Numbered from the stretch's first letter, positions 10,057-20,860 are shown. The stretch: 44,824 nt of DNA from an uncultured Flavobacteriaceae bacterium (GCA_938018045.1 CALIIP010000017.1:1-44824); one strand, 5' to 3'. The notes: a model not told the origin generated them from the sequence alone. Program-made: numbers and translations.

Positions 10057-10139
10057 ATTGATTTGTTTATTAGTTGAGGAGTTTACTTATTGAATTATAT
10101 AAACATTTATTCATTAAATCATTCTTTCATTTCATCATT
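10057..10139. repeat. 8-bp-periodic degenerate array in the recG upstream region
   Basis: RTTKA at 10057, 10065, 10073, 10081, 10089; CATT at 10104, 10112, 10120, 10128, 10136. Confidence 0.65.
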
Positions 10140-10182
10140 AATTTTTATGAATGCTAAAATACTAAATACCCTTTATTCTTTG

Positions 10183-10190
10183 TACTTTTG
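10183..10190 (+). promoter_or_regulatory. -7 element (TACTTTTG) for the RsmB-family gene
   Basis: TAnnTTTG match 20 nt before the ATG. Confidence 0.6.
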
Positions 10191-10210
10191 CACTCTAAAA
10201 TTTATTCTAA

Positions 10211-11419
10211 ATGCGATTACATAGAAACCTTTGTTTTACAGTGATAGATTCATTAAACATGATTTTTAATGATGGTGAATATGCTGGTAAAGTGGTAGAG
10301 AAAGCACTAAAACGTGACAAACGTTGGGGCGCTCGTGATAGAAAGTTTGTTGCAGAAACAATCTATGACATCGTACGTTGGAAAAGATTGTACAACGAAA
10401 TTGCAGGAACAAAAGATCATTATTCAAGAGATAATCTGTGGAAAATGTTTGCTGTTTGGGCAACATTAAAAGGTATTGAACTTCCTGATTGGAAGTATTT
10501 TGAAGATACACCTGTTAGACGTATCAAAGGAAAATTTGATGAATGTCAGAAAATAAGAAAAATTAAAGAATCTATTCCTGATTGGATGGATGAACTTGCA
10601 GTTAGTGAAATTGGTGAAGAGGCTTGGACGAAAGAAATTGCTACAATGAACCAAAAAGCCGAAGTAATTCTTCGTGTAAACACATTGAAAATTGATATTG
10701 CAACTTTGCAGAAGTTTCTTAAAAAAGAAGAAGTAGAAACTGAAAAAGTAAGAGATAATCCAACAGCTTTAAGACTTGTAGAGCGTAAAAACGTATTTTT
10801 AACCGAGGCTTTCAGAAGAGGTTATTTTGAAGTTCAAGATGCTTCTTCTCAGTTAGTTGCTCCATATCTTGAAGTAAAACCTGGAATGAGAGTTATAGAT
10901 ACTTGTGCTGGTGCTGGAGGAAAAACCTTGCATCTTGCTGCAATGATGGAAAATAAAGGCCAAATTATTGCCTTAGACATTTATGCTGGTAAATTGGCTC
11001 AGTTGAAAAAAAGAGCAAAACGTGCAGGAGTTCATAATATTGATATGCGAGTAATTGAAAATAGCAAAGTCATCAAAAAATTAAAAGATTCTGCTGATGC
11101 TGTTCTGATTGATGCTCCTTGTAGTGGAATTGGTGTGTTGAAAAGAAATCCTGATTCTAAATGGAAATTACAGCCTGAATTTATTGAAAATATCAAAAAA
11201 ACACAAGCCGAAATTTTAGATAGCTATTCAAGAATGGTAAAGGTTGGAGGGAAATTGGTATATGCTACTTGTTCTATTTTACCTTCTGAAAATCAAAATC
11301 AAGTTAAAAAGTTTTTAGATTCGCATAAAGAGTTTAAATTTGTAAGTGATAGAAAAGTATCTCCTTCAAAATCAGGATTTGATGGCTTTTATATGGCACT
11401 TTTAGAAAGAATAGAATAA
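10211..11419 (+). CDS. RsmB/NOP-family RNA m5C methyltransferase
   Basis: EVQDASSQ, DTCAGAGGKT, DAPCSGIG, YATCS, DGFY. Confidence 0.93.
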   Translation: MRLHRNLCFTVIDSLNMIFNDGEYAGKVVEKALKRDKRWGARDRKFVAETIYDIVRWKRLYNEIAGTKDHYSRDNLWKMFAVWATLKGIELPDWKYFEDTPVRRIKGKFDECQKIRKIKESIPDWMDELAVSEIGEEAWTKEIATMNQKAEVILRVNTLKIDIATLQKFLKKEEVETEKVRDNPTALRLVERKNVFLTEAFRRGYFEVQDASSQLVAPYLEVKPGMRVIDTCAGAGGKTLHLAAMMENKGQIIALDIYAGKLAQLKKRAKRAGVHNIDMRVIENSKVIKKLKDSADAVLIDAPCSGIGVLKRNPDSKWKLQPEFIENIKKTQAEILDSYSRMVKVGGKLVYATCSILPSENQNQVKKFLDSHKEFKFVSDRKVSPSKSGFDGFYMALLERIE

Positions 11420-11436
11420 ACATAATAATATTGTAC

Positions 11437-13302
11437 ATGAAAAAAATCTACATAATAATTTCATTTTTATTTATTAATATCTCTGTTTTTGCACAACAAC
11501 CTTATTATAGCGATATAAATACTGAACTAACAACATTAACAGGTATTCCACTTAAAGATGCATTGGCTACAAAGATTATTAATACACATGCAAATTCCTT
11601 ATCTTATTCAAATATTTGGGAAGCGTGTAAAATTACTGACGAAGATCCAAATAATTCTTCTAACGTTTTATTGATTTATGGTTGGGAAAGTGGCTCTGAT
11701 GGTGATGTCACAAATGACTTATCAAGAAGTAAAAATGATAATGGTGGAAATGTAGGTGACTGGAACAGAGAACACACGTTTGCAAATTCACTTGCAAATC
11801 CAGATTTAGATTCAATGGGTGATAATGGCCCTCCATACGCAGATGCTCACAACTTACGAGCAAGTGATGTACAAAGAAATGGTCAGCGCAGTAATTTTAA
11901 ATTCATCACTGGTTCTGGAAATTCAAGCACTTCAGGTGGTGGATGGTATCCAGGAGATGCAACTACTGGTGGAACAGATTGGAGAGGTGATGTAGCAAGA
12001 ATTACAATGTATATGTATTTGCGTTATGGAAATCAATGTTTAGCCCGTTTTAATGCTTCTGGAACAGTAAATTCTGTTGATGCAGATATGATTGATTTAT
12101 TGTTAGAATGGAATGCAGCAGATCCAGTTTCTACATATGAAGATGCAAGAAATACGTATCATGATGGCAGTGGATCATTTAAGCAAGGAAATAGAAATCC
12201 TTTTATTGACAATCCTCGTTTGGCAACCTTAATTTGGGGTGGAGTTCTTGCCGAAGATCGGTGGGGAATTTATGGTGGTGGCGATACACAAGCACCAACC
12301 GTTCCTATGAATTTAAGTGTGAGTAACGAAACTAGTTCTACAATTGATTTGGATTGGGATATATCTTCTGATGATACAGCAGTAACAGGATATGATATTT
12401 ACGTTGATGGTTCTTTAAATTCATCATCAGCAACCAATTCTCATACTGTAACTGGTTTAACTGCTTCAACAACTTATAGTTTTACTGTTTTAGCAAAAGA
12501 TGCAGCAAACAATATGTCTGCTCAAAGTAGCGCTATAGATGGAACAACAATTGCAGGAAGTTCTGGTGGAACTGAGTTATTCTTTTCAGAATATGTTGAA
12601 GGTGGTGGAAATAACAAAGTACTAGAAGTTGTTAATATTACTGGTACAACAGTTGATTTATCTACATATACTATTAAGAAAAGTGTAAATGGATCTGCAT
12701 CATGGGATTCAACTATATATTCATTTCCAGCAAGTGCTCAAGTAACAAATGAAGATGTTTATGTTGTTTCAAACTCTTCAGTTGCGGCACCTTGTACTAT
12801 TTCTCCAGATGATTCGACTGGTTCTTCTGTATTTCAATTTAATGGTAATGATCCTGTTGGATTATTTAATAATGATATATTAATTGATGTTATTGGAACT
12901 TTAGACGGTGGTTCTTCAAATTTTGCAATAAACACTACTTTAGTTAGAAAATCATCAGTAAATGTGCCTTCGGTAACATTTGATATAAATGATTGGGATA
13001 CTTATAGTCAAGATGATTGCTCGGATATTGGTTCTCATACAGTAGTTTTAAGTGTAAAGGAAAATACTTTCCTTTCAGAAATAAAAATCTATCCAAATCC
13101 AACAAATGGAAATGATTTAAATATATCAGCAAGTCAAAACTTATCAATTGAAGTGTTTAATCTTTTAGGAAAACAAGTATTAACTGATACTATTTCAACC
13201 AACAAAACTAAAATTGATATTAGTTCTTTAAATGCAGGGATTTATCTAATTCGATTGTCATACGAAGATGGATCAACAACTCGAAAGTTCATCAAACAAT
13301 AA
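11437..13302 (+). CDS. T9SS-secreted endonuclease I-family nuclease with FN3 and lamin-tail domains
   Basis: Signal peptide; WNREH, DAHNLRASD, RGDVAR, GNRNPFID; FN3 (DTQAPTVP...AKDAANN); LTD (LFFSEYVEG...FNGND); CTD IYPNP...RKFIKQ; ATG 11437 preferred over TTG 11431. Confidence 0.9.
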   Translation: MKKIYIIISFLFINISVFAQQPYYSDINTELTTLTGIPLKDALATKIINTHANSLSYSNIWEACKITDEDPNNSSNVLLIYGWESGSDGDVTNDLSRSKNDNGGNVGDWNREHTFANSLANPDLDSMGDNGPPYADAHNLRASDVQRNGQRSNFKFITGSGNSSTSGGGWYPGDATTGGTDWRGDVARITMYMYLRYGNQCLARFNASGTVNSVDADMIDLLLEWNAADPVSTYEDARNTYHDGSGSFKQGNRNPFIDNPRLATLIWGGVLAEDRWGIYGGGDTQAPTVPMNLSVSNETSSTIDLDWDISSDDTAVTGYDIYVDGSLNSSSATNSHTVTGLTASTTYSFTVLAKDAANNMSAQSSAIDGTTIAGSSGGTELFFSEYVEGGGNNKVLEVVNITGTTVDLSTYTIKKSVNGSASWDSTIYSFPASAQVTNEDVYVVSNSSVAAPCTISPDDSTGSSVFQFNGNDPVGLFNNDILIDVIGTLDGGSSNFAINTTLVRKSSVNVPSVTFDINDWDTYSQDDCSDIGSHTVVLSVKENTFLSEIKIYPNPTNGNDLNISASQNLSIEVFNLLGKQVLTDTISTNKTKIDISSLNAGIYLIRLSYEDGSTTRKFIKQ

Positions 13303-13306
13303 AACT

Positions 13307-13339
13307 AAAAGAGGCTCAAAATTTTGAGCCTCTTTTTTT
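13307..13339 (+). terminator. Intrinsic terminator
   Basis: Perfect 30-bp palindrome AAAAGAGGCTCAAAATTTTGAGCCTCTTTT running into a T tract. Confidence 0.9.
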
Positions 13340-13435
13340 ATAACATAAATTCAACAATTTTAAATTGTGGATTAAATAGTGAATAACTATTAAATTAAAA
13401 GGAATCATTAAAGTGATTTTAGATAGTAAAAAAAG

Positions 13436-13443
13436 TAAATTTG
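13436..13443 (+). promoter_or_regulatory. -7 element (TAAATTTG) for purL
   Basis: TAnnTTTG match about 31 nt upstream of the ATG. Confidence 0.55.
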
Positions 13444-13474
13444 TTCTTTAAAACAACACCACAAAAACAACATA

Positions 13475-16400
13475 ATGATTCACTTTTTTGGAAATATAGA
13501 CAGTAAAATATTTGCTGTTCAAACGACAAAAAAATTAGCTAAGAAAACAATAGATAAATTAACTTGGTTATTTGGTAATAAAAATAAAATAGAAGCGTCT
13601 TCAATAGATGCTTTTTTTATTGGCCCTAGAGCAGCAATGATAACCCCTTGGAGTACAAATGCTGTAGAAATTACTCAAAATATGGGGGTTACTGATATCA
13701 TCAGAATTGAAGAGTTTTTAATTTCTGATAAAGATTCACAGGATTTTGACCCAATGATTTCTGAAAAATACAATGGCTTAAAACAAGATTCTTTTACTAT
13801 AGATATAGAGCCTCAACAAATTTTAGAAATTGATGATATATCAGAATTTAATCAAATCGAAGGATTGGCTTTAAATGATGAAGAGATCGGTTATTTAGAA
13901 AATGTTGCTGAAAAAATTGGAAGAAAACTAACAGACTCAGAAGTCTTTGGATTTAGCCAAGTAAACTCAGAACATTGCAGACATAAAATATTTAATGGAA
14001 CTTTTATTATTGATGGCGAAGAACAATCTACCTCCCTATTCAAAATGATAAAGGAGACGTCGAAACAATTCCCTAACGATATTGTATCTGCTTATAAAGA
14101 CAATGTCGCTTTTATAAAAGGTCCAAAAGTGGAACAATTTGCACCTAAGACTGCAGATAAACCAGATTTTTATCAAACCGAAAAATTCAACTCTGTTATT
14201 TCTTTAAAAGCCGAAACACATAATTTCCCAACAACCGTAGAGCCTTTTAATGGAGCAGCAACAGGGTCTGGAGGAGAAATTAGAGATCGTCTTGCTGGTG
14301 GAAAAGGTTCTTTACCTTTGGCCGGAACTGCCGTTTATATGACTTCATATTCTCGTTTAGAAGCTGATACAGATTCAAACAAGAGATATTGGGAAAATAA
14401 ATTTGAAGAAAGAGATTGGTTGTACCAAACTCCTATGGATATTTTAATCAAAGCATCTAATGGAGCATCTGACTTTGGAAATAAATTCGGTCAACCCTTA
14501 ATTTGTGGTTCTGTTTTAACTTTTGAGCATGAAGAAAACGCTGCTTCTAGCGTTTCAAAAGCAAGAAAATTAGGGTATGATAAAGTAATCATGCAAGCTG
14601 GAGGAATTGGCTATGGAAAAGCTGAGCAAGCAATAAAAGACACTCCAAAAACTGGTAATAAAATTGTACTTCTTGGAGGAGAAAATTATAGAATTGGAAT
14701 GGGTGGTGCTGCAGTTTCATCTGCAGATACTGGTGAATTTTCATCTGGTATTGAGTTAAACGCTGTTCAACGATCAAATCCTGAAATGCAAAAACGTGCT
14801 GCAAATGCTGTTCGTGGAATGGTAGAAAGCAAAGAAAATTTTATTGTTTCTATTCACGATCATGGTGCTGGCGGACATTTAAATTGTTTATCGGAATTGG
14901 TAGAAGATACTGGAGGTAAAATTGATTTAGACAAATTGCCTGTTGGTGATCCAACTTTATCTGCAAAAGAAATTATAGGTAACGAATCTCAAGAAAGAAT
15001 GGGATTGGTAATTGCCGAAAAACACCTAGATACTTTACAAAAAATTGCAGAAAGAGAGCGTTCACCAATCTATACTGTTGGTGAAGTTACAGGAAATGAT
15101 AGATTTACATTTGAGTCTAAAACTAAAGGTGACAAGCCAATGGATTTGGCTTTAGAAGACATGTTTGGTTCATCTCCAAAAACAATTTTATCAGATAAAA
15201 CTGTCATCAGAAATTATAAAAACCCAAGATACAAAACCAAAAATTTAAAAATATATTTAGAACAAGTTTTACAGTTAGAAGCAGTAAGTTGTAAGGATTG
15301 GTTAACAAATAAAGTAGATCGATGCGTTGGTGGTAAAGTTGCCAAACAACAATGTGTTGGACCTTTGCAAATTCCGCTAAATAATGTTGGTGTTATGGCA
15401 CTTGATTATAAAGGAATGGAAGGAATTGCTACTTCAATTGGCCACTCTCCTATTTCTGGATTAATTCATCCTGAATCTGGAAGTAGAAATTCTATTGCAG
15501 AATCTTTAACAAATATTATTTGGGCTCCTTTAAAAGAAAATTTAAAGAGCGTATCGCTCTCTGCAAACTGGATGTGGCCATGTAAAAATGAAGGTGAAGA
15601 TGCTCGATTATATAGAGCCGTAAAAGCAATTTCAGAATTTTCCATTGATTTAGGGATTAACGTTCCAACAGGAAAAGATTCTCTTTCTATGAAGCAAAAA
15701 TATGCTGATAGCGAAGTAATTTCTCCAGGAACCGTTGTTGTTTCAGCAGCAGGAAATTGTAACGAAATTTCAAAAGTAGTAGAACCTCTTTTACAAATTG
15801 ATGGAGGAAATATCTATTATATAAATATTTCTCAAGATGATTATAAATTAGGAGGAAGTTCTTTCAATCAAGTTTTAAATGCGATTGGAAATGAAGCTCC
15901 TGACGTGAAGAATGCAGGTTATTTAAAAACTGTATTTAATACAATTCAAGAGTTAATTAAAACTGATAAAATTGCTGCAGGACATGATGTTGCTTCTGGC
16001 GGATTAATTACAACTTTATTAGAACTATGTTTTGCTGATGTTAATTTAGGTGCAAATTATGATATTTCTTCTTTAAATGAAGAAGATTCTATAAAAGTAT
16101 TATTCTCAGAAAATACAGGAATTGTATTTCAAGCGGATTCATCAATAGAAAAAACATTGTCAGAAAATAAAATTGAGTTCTTTAATATTGGAACTGCAAA
16201 TAATTCAGGAAAAGTTACAATCAAAAACAATGAAGATAATTTCACTTTTGATGTTGCAGAAACTAGAGACACTTGGTATAAAACTTCATTTTTATTAGAT
16301 CAAAAACAAACTGCAAATGGTTTGGCAAAAGACCGTTTTGACAACTATAAAAATCAGCCATTAAAATATATTTTTCCAAAGCATTTTACAGGGAAACTTC

Positions 16401-17170
16401 CTAAAATTGGAAAAAAGAAACCAAAAGCAGCAATTATACGAGAGAAAGGTTCAAACTCTGAACGTGAAATGGCAAATGCTATGTATTTAGCAGGTTTCGA
16501 TGTGAAAGATGTTCATATGACAGATTTAATTTCTGGCCGTGAGACACTAGAAGATATTCAATTTATTGGTGCTGTTGGCGGTTTTTCTAATTCAGATGTT
16601 TTAGGTTCTGCCAAAGGATGGGCTGGAGCTTTTAAATATAACAAAAAGGCAAATACCGCTTTAAAGAACTTCTTTAAAAGAGAAGATACACTCTCTGTCG
16701 GTATTTGTAATGGCGCTCAATTATGGATGGAATTAGATCTAATAAATCCAGAGCATGATGTTCACGGTAAATTAACATATAATGATTCTCAAAAACATGA
16801 GAGTTCGTTTACATCCGTAAAAATTGAAGAAAACAATTCTGTTATGCTTTCTTCACTCAAAGGTGCTGAATTAGGTGTTTGGATTTCTCATGGTGAAGGA
16901 AAATACAAATTACCATTATCTGAAGAAAACTATAATATTGTTGCTAAGTATGCTTATACAGGCTATCCTAATAATCCTAATGGTTCTGATTTCAATACAG
17001 CAATGATGTGTGATAAAACTGGAAGACATTTAGTAACAATGCCACATATTGAACGCTCTACTTTTCAGTGGAATTGGGCTAACTATCCTAAAGGGAGAAA
17101 AGATGAAGTTTCTCCTTGGTTAGAAGCATTTGTGAGTGCTAAAAATTGGGTTGATACTAAAAATTCATAG
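13475..17170 (+). CDS. purL: Phosphoribosylformylglycinamidine synthase, large fused type
   Basis: NSEHCRHKIFN, KAETHNFPT, GAATGSGGEIRD, IHDHGAGG, ESQERM, PTGKDSLSM; GATase GICNG and MPHIER. Confidence 0.97.
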   Translation: MIHFFGNIDSKIFAVQTTKKLAKKTIDKLTWLFGNKNKIEASSIDAFFIGPRAAMITPWSTNAVEITQNMGVTDIIRIEEFLISDKDSQDFDPMISEKYNGLKQDSFTIDIEPQQILEIDDISEFNQIEGLALNDEEIGYLENVAEKIGRKLTDSEVFGFSQVNSEHCRHKIFNGTFIIDGEEQSTSLFKMIKETSKQFPNDIVSAYKDNVAFIKGPKVEQFAPKTADKPDFYQTEKFNSVISLKAETHNFPTTVEPFNGAATGSGGEIRDRLAGGKGSLPLAGTAVYMTSYSRLEADTDSNKRYWENKFEERDWLYQTPMDILIKASNGASDFGNKFGQPLICGSVLTFEHEENAASSVSKARKLGYDKVIMQAGGIGYGKAEQAIKDTPKTGNKIVLLGGENYRIGMGGAAVSSADTGEFSSGIELNAVQRSNPEMQKRAANAVRGMVESKENFIVSIHDHGAGGHLNCLSELVEDTGGKIDLDKLPVGDPTLSAKEIIGNESQERMGLVIAEKHLDTLQKIAERERSPIYTVGEVTGNDRFTFESKTKGDKPMDLALEDMFGSSPKTILSDKTVIRNYKNPRYKTKNLKIYLEQVLQLEAVSCKDWLTNKVDRCVGGKVAKQQCVGPLQIPLNNVGVMALDYKGMEGIATSIGHSPISGLIHPESGSRNSIAESLTNIIWAPLKENLKSVSLSANWMWPCKNEGEDARLYRAVKAISEFSIDLGINVPTGKDSLSMKQKYADSEVISPGTVVVSAAGNCNEISKVVEPLLQIDGGNIYYINISQDDYKLGGSSFNQVLNAIGNEAPDVKNAGYLKTVFNTIQELIKTDKIAAGHDVASGGLITTLLELCFADVNLGANYDISSLNEEDSIKVLFSENTGIVFQADSSIEKTLSENKIEFFNIGTANNSGKVTIKNNEDNFTFDVAETRDTWYKTSFLLDQKQTANGLAKDRFDNYKNQPLKYIFPKHFTGKLPKIGKKKPKAAIIREKGSNSEREMANAMYLAGFDVKDVHMTDLISGRETLEDIQFIGAVGGFSNSDVLGSAKGWAGAFKYNKKANTALKNFFKREDTLSVGICNGAQLWMELDLINPEHDVHGKLTYNDSQKHESSFTSVKIEENNSVMLSSLKGAELGVWISHGEGKYKLPLSEENYNIVAKYAYTGYPNNPNGSDFNTAMMCDKTGRHLVTMPHIERSTFQWNWANYPKGRKDEVSPWLEAFVSAKNWVDTKNS

Positions 17171-17238
17171 CAAATGAATATTATTTTTTTAATGTAAAAT
17201 TCTTTTTTAGTAACTTCACAGAAATTATTTTGTGAATT

Positions 17239-19002
17239 ATGACTGAAAATATTACACGCCTTTTTGATTTTCCTTATCATCAATTAAGAGAATATCCACA
17301 AGAAAAATGTTTTGTTTATAAAGAAAATGAAACTTGGAAAAATATATCTACGCAAGAATATATAAACCAAGCAAATACAGTCAGTAGAGCTTTATTAAAA
17401 TTAGGTGTTAATCCTAATGATAAAATTGCAGTAATCACAACAAATAACAATCCTAAATGGCATGTTTTAGATATTGGTATTTTACAAATTGGCGCTCAAA
17501 ATGTTCCTCTATACTCTACGCTATCTAGTAAAGATTATGAGTATATTTTAAATCATTCAGATGCAGATTATTGTTTTGTTTCTGATGATGATTTACTAGA
17601 AAGAGTTAATTCTGTGAAAGATAAAACGAAACTTAAAAAAGTGTTTTCTTTCAAAGAATTTGATGGAGATTCTAGTTGGAATTCATTTATTAAACTTGCA
17701 GAAGATAAAAGTTTACAAGAAGAAGTTGAAACTCGTAAAAACAATATAAAAGAAGGAGATTTAGCAACAATTATCTATACTTCTGGCACAACAGGAACAC
17801 CAAAAGGTGTTATGCTTTCTCATAAAAATTTAGTTCAAAATATTTTCATGACAGGTGAATCATTAGACCTAAAAAGCAATAAAAAAAGGATAATCAGTTA
17901 CTTACCTGTTTGTCATATTTTTGAAAGAGCAGCATCATATTATAATCAATATAGAGGTTTCGAAATTTATTTTGCAGAAAGTATTGAAAAATTAGGAGAT
18001 AATATTAGAGAAATAAAGCCTCATTTTTTAACAATTGTTCCAAGACTTTTAGAAAAGATTTTTGATAAAATTGTAGATAAAGGAAGTAATCTAAATGGTG
18101 TAAAAAAAAGTTTATTCTTTTGGGCACTTAAACTAGGCGAACAATACAAACCTTATAATAAGAATGGTTCATGGTATAATTTTAAATTAAATATTGCACG
18201 TAAACTTATTTTCTCTAAATGGCAAGAAGCCTTAGGAGGAGAATTAGAGTTTATGCTCTCTGGAAGTGCTCCTCTACAACACAGATTAATTAGAATTTTT
18301 TCTGCAGCAGGAATGCAAGTTTTTGAAGGTTATGGAATGACAGAGTCTTCTCCTGGAGGAACTTTAAATGATTTAAGAAACAACGGATTAAAAATAGGTA
18401 CTGTAGGTAAACCTCTTAATGGAATTGAAATAAAAATTGCTGATGATGGTGAAATTTTAATGAAAGGGCCAAATATAATGATGGGATATTACAAAAATGA
18501 AGAGTTAACCAATAAAACCATTATAGATGGTTACTTACATACAGGAGATATCGGTGAATTGGATAGTGATGGATTCTTAACAATCACAGATAGGAAAAAG
18601 GAAATATTTAAAACTTCTGGAGGTAAATATATTGCTCCTGCAGCTTTAGAAAGTGAATTTAAACAATCCAGATTTATAGAGCAAATTATGGTAATAGGTG
18701 AAGGAGAAAAAATGCCTGCAGCATTTATTCAGTTACATTTTGATTTTATTAATGATTGGGCAAAACGACATAATCATAAAATTTCTGATATAACCGATGA
18801 TGAAAAATTAATAGCCAGAATACAAGAAGAAGTTGACTTTTACAATCAGAAATTTGGCAAATGGGAACAAATAAAAAAGTTTCAAATAACACCAGATGAA
18901 TGGACAATAGATGCTGGTCACCTAACTCCTACTTTAAAAATGCGTAGAAAAATCATCAAAGAGAAATATAAAAAATTATATCAAAAAATTTATAATTCTT
19001 AA
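17239..19002 (+). CDS. Long-chain fatty acid--CoA ligase (AMP-dependent), copy 1
   Basis: IYTSGTTGTPKG, EGYGMTE, HTGDIG, KTSGGKYIAP, LTPTLK. Confidence 0.92.
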   Translation: MTENITRLFDFPYHQLREYPQEKCFVYKENETWKNISTQEYINQANTVSRALLKLGVNPNDKIAVITTNNNPKWHVLDIGILQIGAQNVPLYSTLSSKDYEYILNHSDADYCFVSDDDLLERVNSVKDKTKLKKVFSFKEFDGDSSWNSFIKLAEDKSLQEEVETRKNNIKEGDLATIIYTSGTTGTPKGVMLSHKNLVQNIFMTGESLDLKSNKKRIISYLPVCHIFERAASYYNQYRGFEIYFAESIEKLGDNIREIKPHFLTIVPRLLEKIFDKIVDKGSNLNGVKKSLFFWALKLGEQYKPYNKNGSWYNFKLNIARKLIFSKWQEALGGELEFMLSGSAPLQHRLIRIFSAAGMQVFEGYGMTESSPGGTLNDLRNNGLKIGTVGKPLNGIEIKIADDGEILMKGPNIMMGYYKNEELTNKTIIDGYLHTGDIGELDSDGFLTITDRKKEIFKTSGGKYIAPAALESEFKQSRFIEQIMVIGEGEKMPAAFIQLHFDFINDWAKRHNHKISDITDDEKLIARIQEEVDFYNQKFGKWEQIKKFQITPDEWTIDAGHLTPTLKMRRKIIKEKYKKLYQKIYNS

Positions 19003-19077
19003 TTTAAAATAGCATTTATTTTCATTTGCAAAATCAATGTAAATTTCATACTTTGCAGTTCTACAAAATTGAAATTT

Positions 19078-20856
19078 ATGGCTATAGAAATTACGCGACT
19101 TTTTGACTTCCCTTATTATTTACATGAAACTTACAATCTTAAAAAGGCATTTAACACCAAATGCAATGGTAAATGGGAGTCGACTTCTTCAAAAGAATAT
19201 ATAGATAAAGCAAATGCCATCAGTAGAGGTCTGCTAAATTTAGGTGTGAAGCCAAATGATAAAATTGCAATAATTTCTACTACAAATAGAACAGAATGGA
19301 ATATTTGCGATATTGGTATTTCACAAATTGGTGCGCAAAGTGTACCAATTTATCCAACAATTTCCAAAGAAGATTATGAGTATGTTATAAATCATTCTGA
19401 AGCTATATATTGTTTCGCTTCTGATATAACAATCATAGAAAAATTAAATCAAATTAAAGGAAATACAAATCTTAAAGAAATTTTCACTTTTGATGATATT
19501 ATAGATGAAAAAAGTTGGAATGAGCTTTTAGAGTTAGGAAAAGATACTAGTAGTCAAGATGAGGTTGAAGCAAGAAAAGATGCTGTAAAACCTGAAGACC
19601 TTGCCACATTGATTTATACATCTGGAACAACTGGTAGACCAAAAGGAGTTATGTTATCTCATGGAAATATTGTTTCTAATGTTTTAACAAGTGATGAAAG
19701 TGTTCCTTTAGAAAAAGGAAAGGACAGAGCACTAAGTTTCTTACCTGTTTGCCATGTTTTTGAAAGAATGATTTTGTATTTATACCAATATTGTGGAGTT
19801 GAAATTTATTTTGCAGAAGGTATTGAAAAACTAACCGAAAATGCGCAAGAAATTAAGCCAAATGTTATGACTGCTGTTCCTCGCTTATATGAAAAGATTT
19901 TTGACAAAATTATTTTAAAAGGAGAAGATTTATCAGGTATAAAAAAGAAACTGTTTTTCTGGGCTGTAGATTTGGGCTTAAAATATGAACCATATGGAGC
20001 AAATGGTTGGTGGTACGAGAAACAATTAGGCTTGGCTAGAAAACTTATTTTCACAAAGTGGCAAGCTGCTCTAGGTGGAGAACTTAAAATAATGGTTTCA
20101 GGAGCATCTGCATTACAACAAAGATTAACAAGAGTTTTTGCAGCTGCTGGAATGCCAATAATGGAAGGATATGGTTTAACAGAAACATCGCCAGTAACTT
20201 CTGTAAATTGTGTAAACCAAAATGGAGAAAGACGTTTTAGAGTTGGTACTGTTGGCAAAGTTATAAGTGGTGTTGAGGTGAAAATTGCAGAAAACGGGGA
20301 AATCTTAGTAAAAGGACCAAACGTAATGCAAGGTTATTATAAAGATCCAGAAAAAACAGCAGAAGTAATAAAAGGAGGTTATTTTCATACAGGTGATAAA
20401 GGAGAAATTGATGCCGATGGGTTCTTAAAAATAACAGGAAGAACCAAAGAAATGTTTAAAACTTCTGGAGGTAAATATATTGTTCCGCCTTTATTAGAAG
20501 GAGAATTGAAACAGTCTTTATTTATAGAACAAGTTATGGTTATTGGTGAAAATGAAAAAATGCCAGCAGCATTCATTCAACCAAATTATGAATATTTAAA
20601 AGATTGGGCAAAAGACAATAACATTGAATTTAGTTCAAATTCAGATCTTATCACCAATGACAAAGTGTTGGCAGAATTTACAGATGCCATAAAATTGTGT
20701 AATACAAACTTTGGTAAATGGGAACAAATTAAAGTCTTTAAACTCACTCCAGATGAATGGACAGTTGATGGAGGTCATCTTACACCAACAATGAAAATGA
20801 AGCGCGCAAATATCATGAAAAATTACAAGAATTTGTACGATGAAATTTATAGATAA
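19078..20856 (+). CDS. Long-chain fatty acid--CoA ligase (AMP-dependent), copy 2
   Basis: IYTSGTTGRPKG, EGYGLTE, HTGDKG, KTSGGKYIVP, LTPTMK; ATG 19078 aligns with the start of copy 1. Confidence 0.92.
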   Translation: MAIEITRLFDFPYYLHETYNLKKAFNTKCNGKWESTSSKEYIDKANAISRGLLNLGVKPNDKIAIISTTNRTEWNICDIGISQIGAQSVPIYPTISKEDYEYVINHSEAIYCFASDITIIEKLNQIKGNTNLKEIFTFDDIIDEKSWNELLELGKDTSSQDEVEARKDAVKPEDLATLIYTSGTTGRPKGVMLSHGNIVSNVLTSDESVPLEKGKDRALSFLPVCHVFERMILYLYQYCGVEIYFAEGIEKLTENAQEIKPNVMTAVPRLYEKIFDKIILKGEDLSGIKKKLFFWAVDLGLKYEPYGANGWWYEKQLGLARKLIFTKWQAALGGELKIMVSGASALQQRLTRVFAAAGMPIMEGYGLTETSPVTSVNCVNQNGERRFRVGTVGKVISGVEVKIAENGEILVKGPNVMQGYYKDPEKTAEVIKGGYFHTGDKGEIDADGFLKITGRTKEMFKTSGGKYIVPPLLEGELKQSLFIEQVMVIGENEKMPAAFIQPNYEYLKDWAKDNNIEFSSNSDLITNDKVLAEFTDAIKLCNTNFGKWEQIKVFKLTPDEWTVDGGHLTPTMKMKRANIMKNYKNLYDEIYR

Positions 20857-20860
20857 TATG

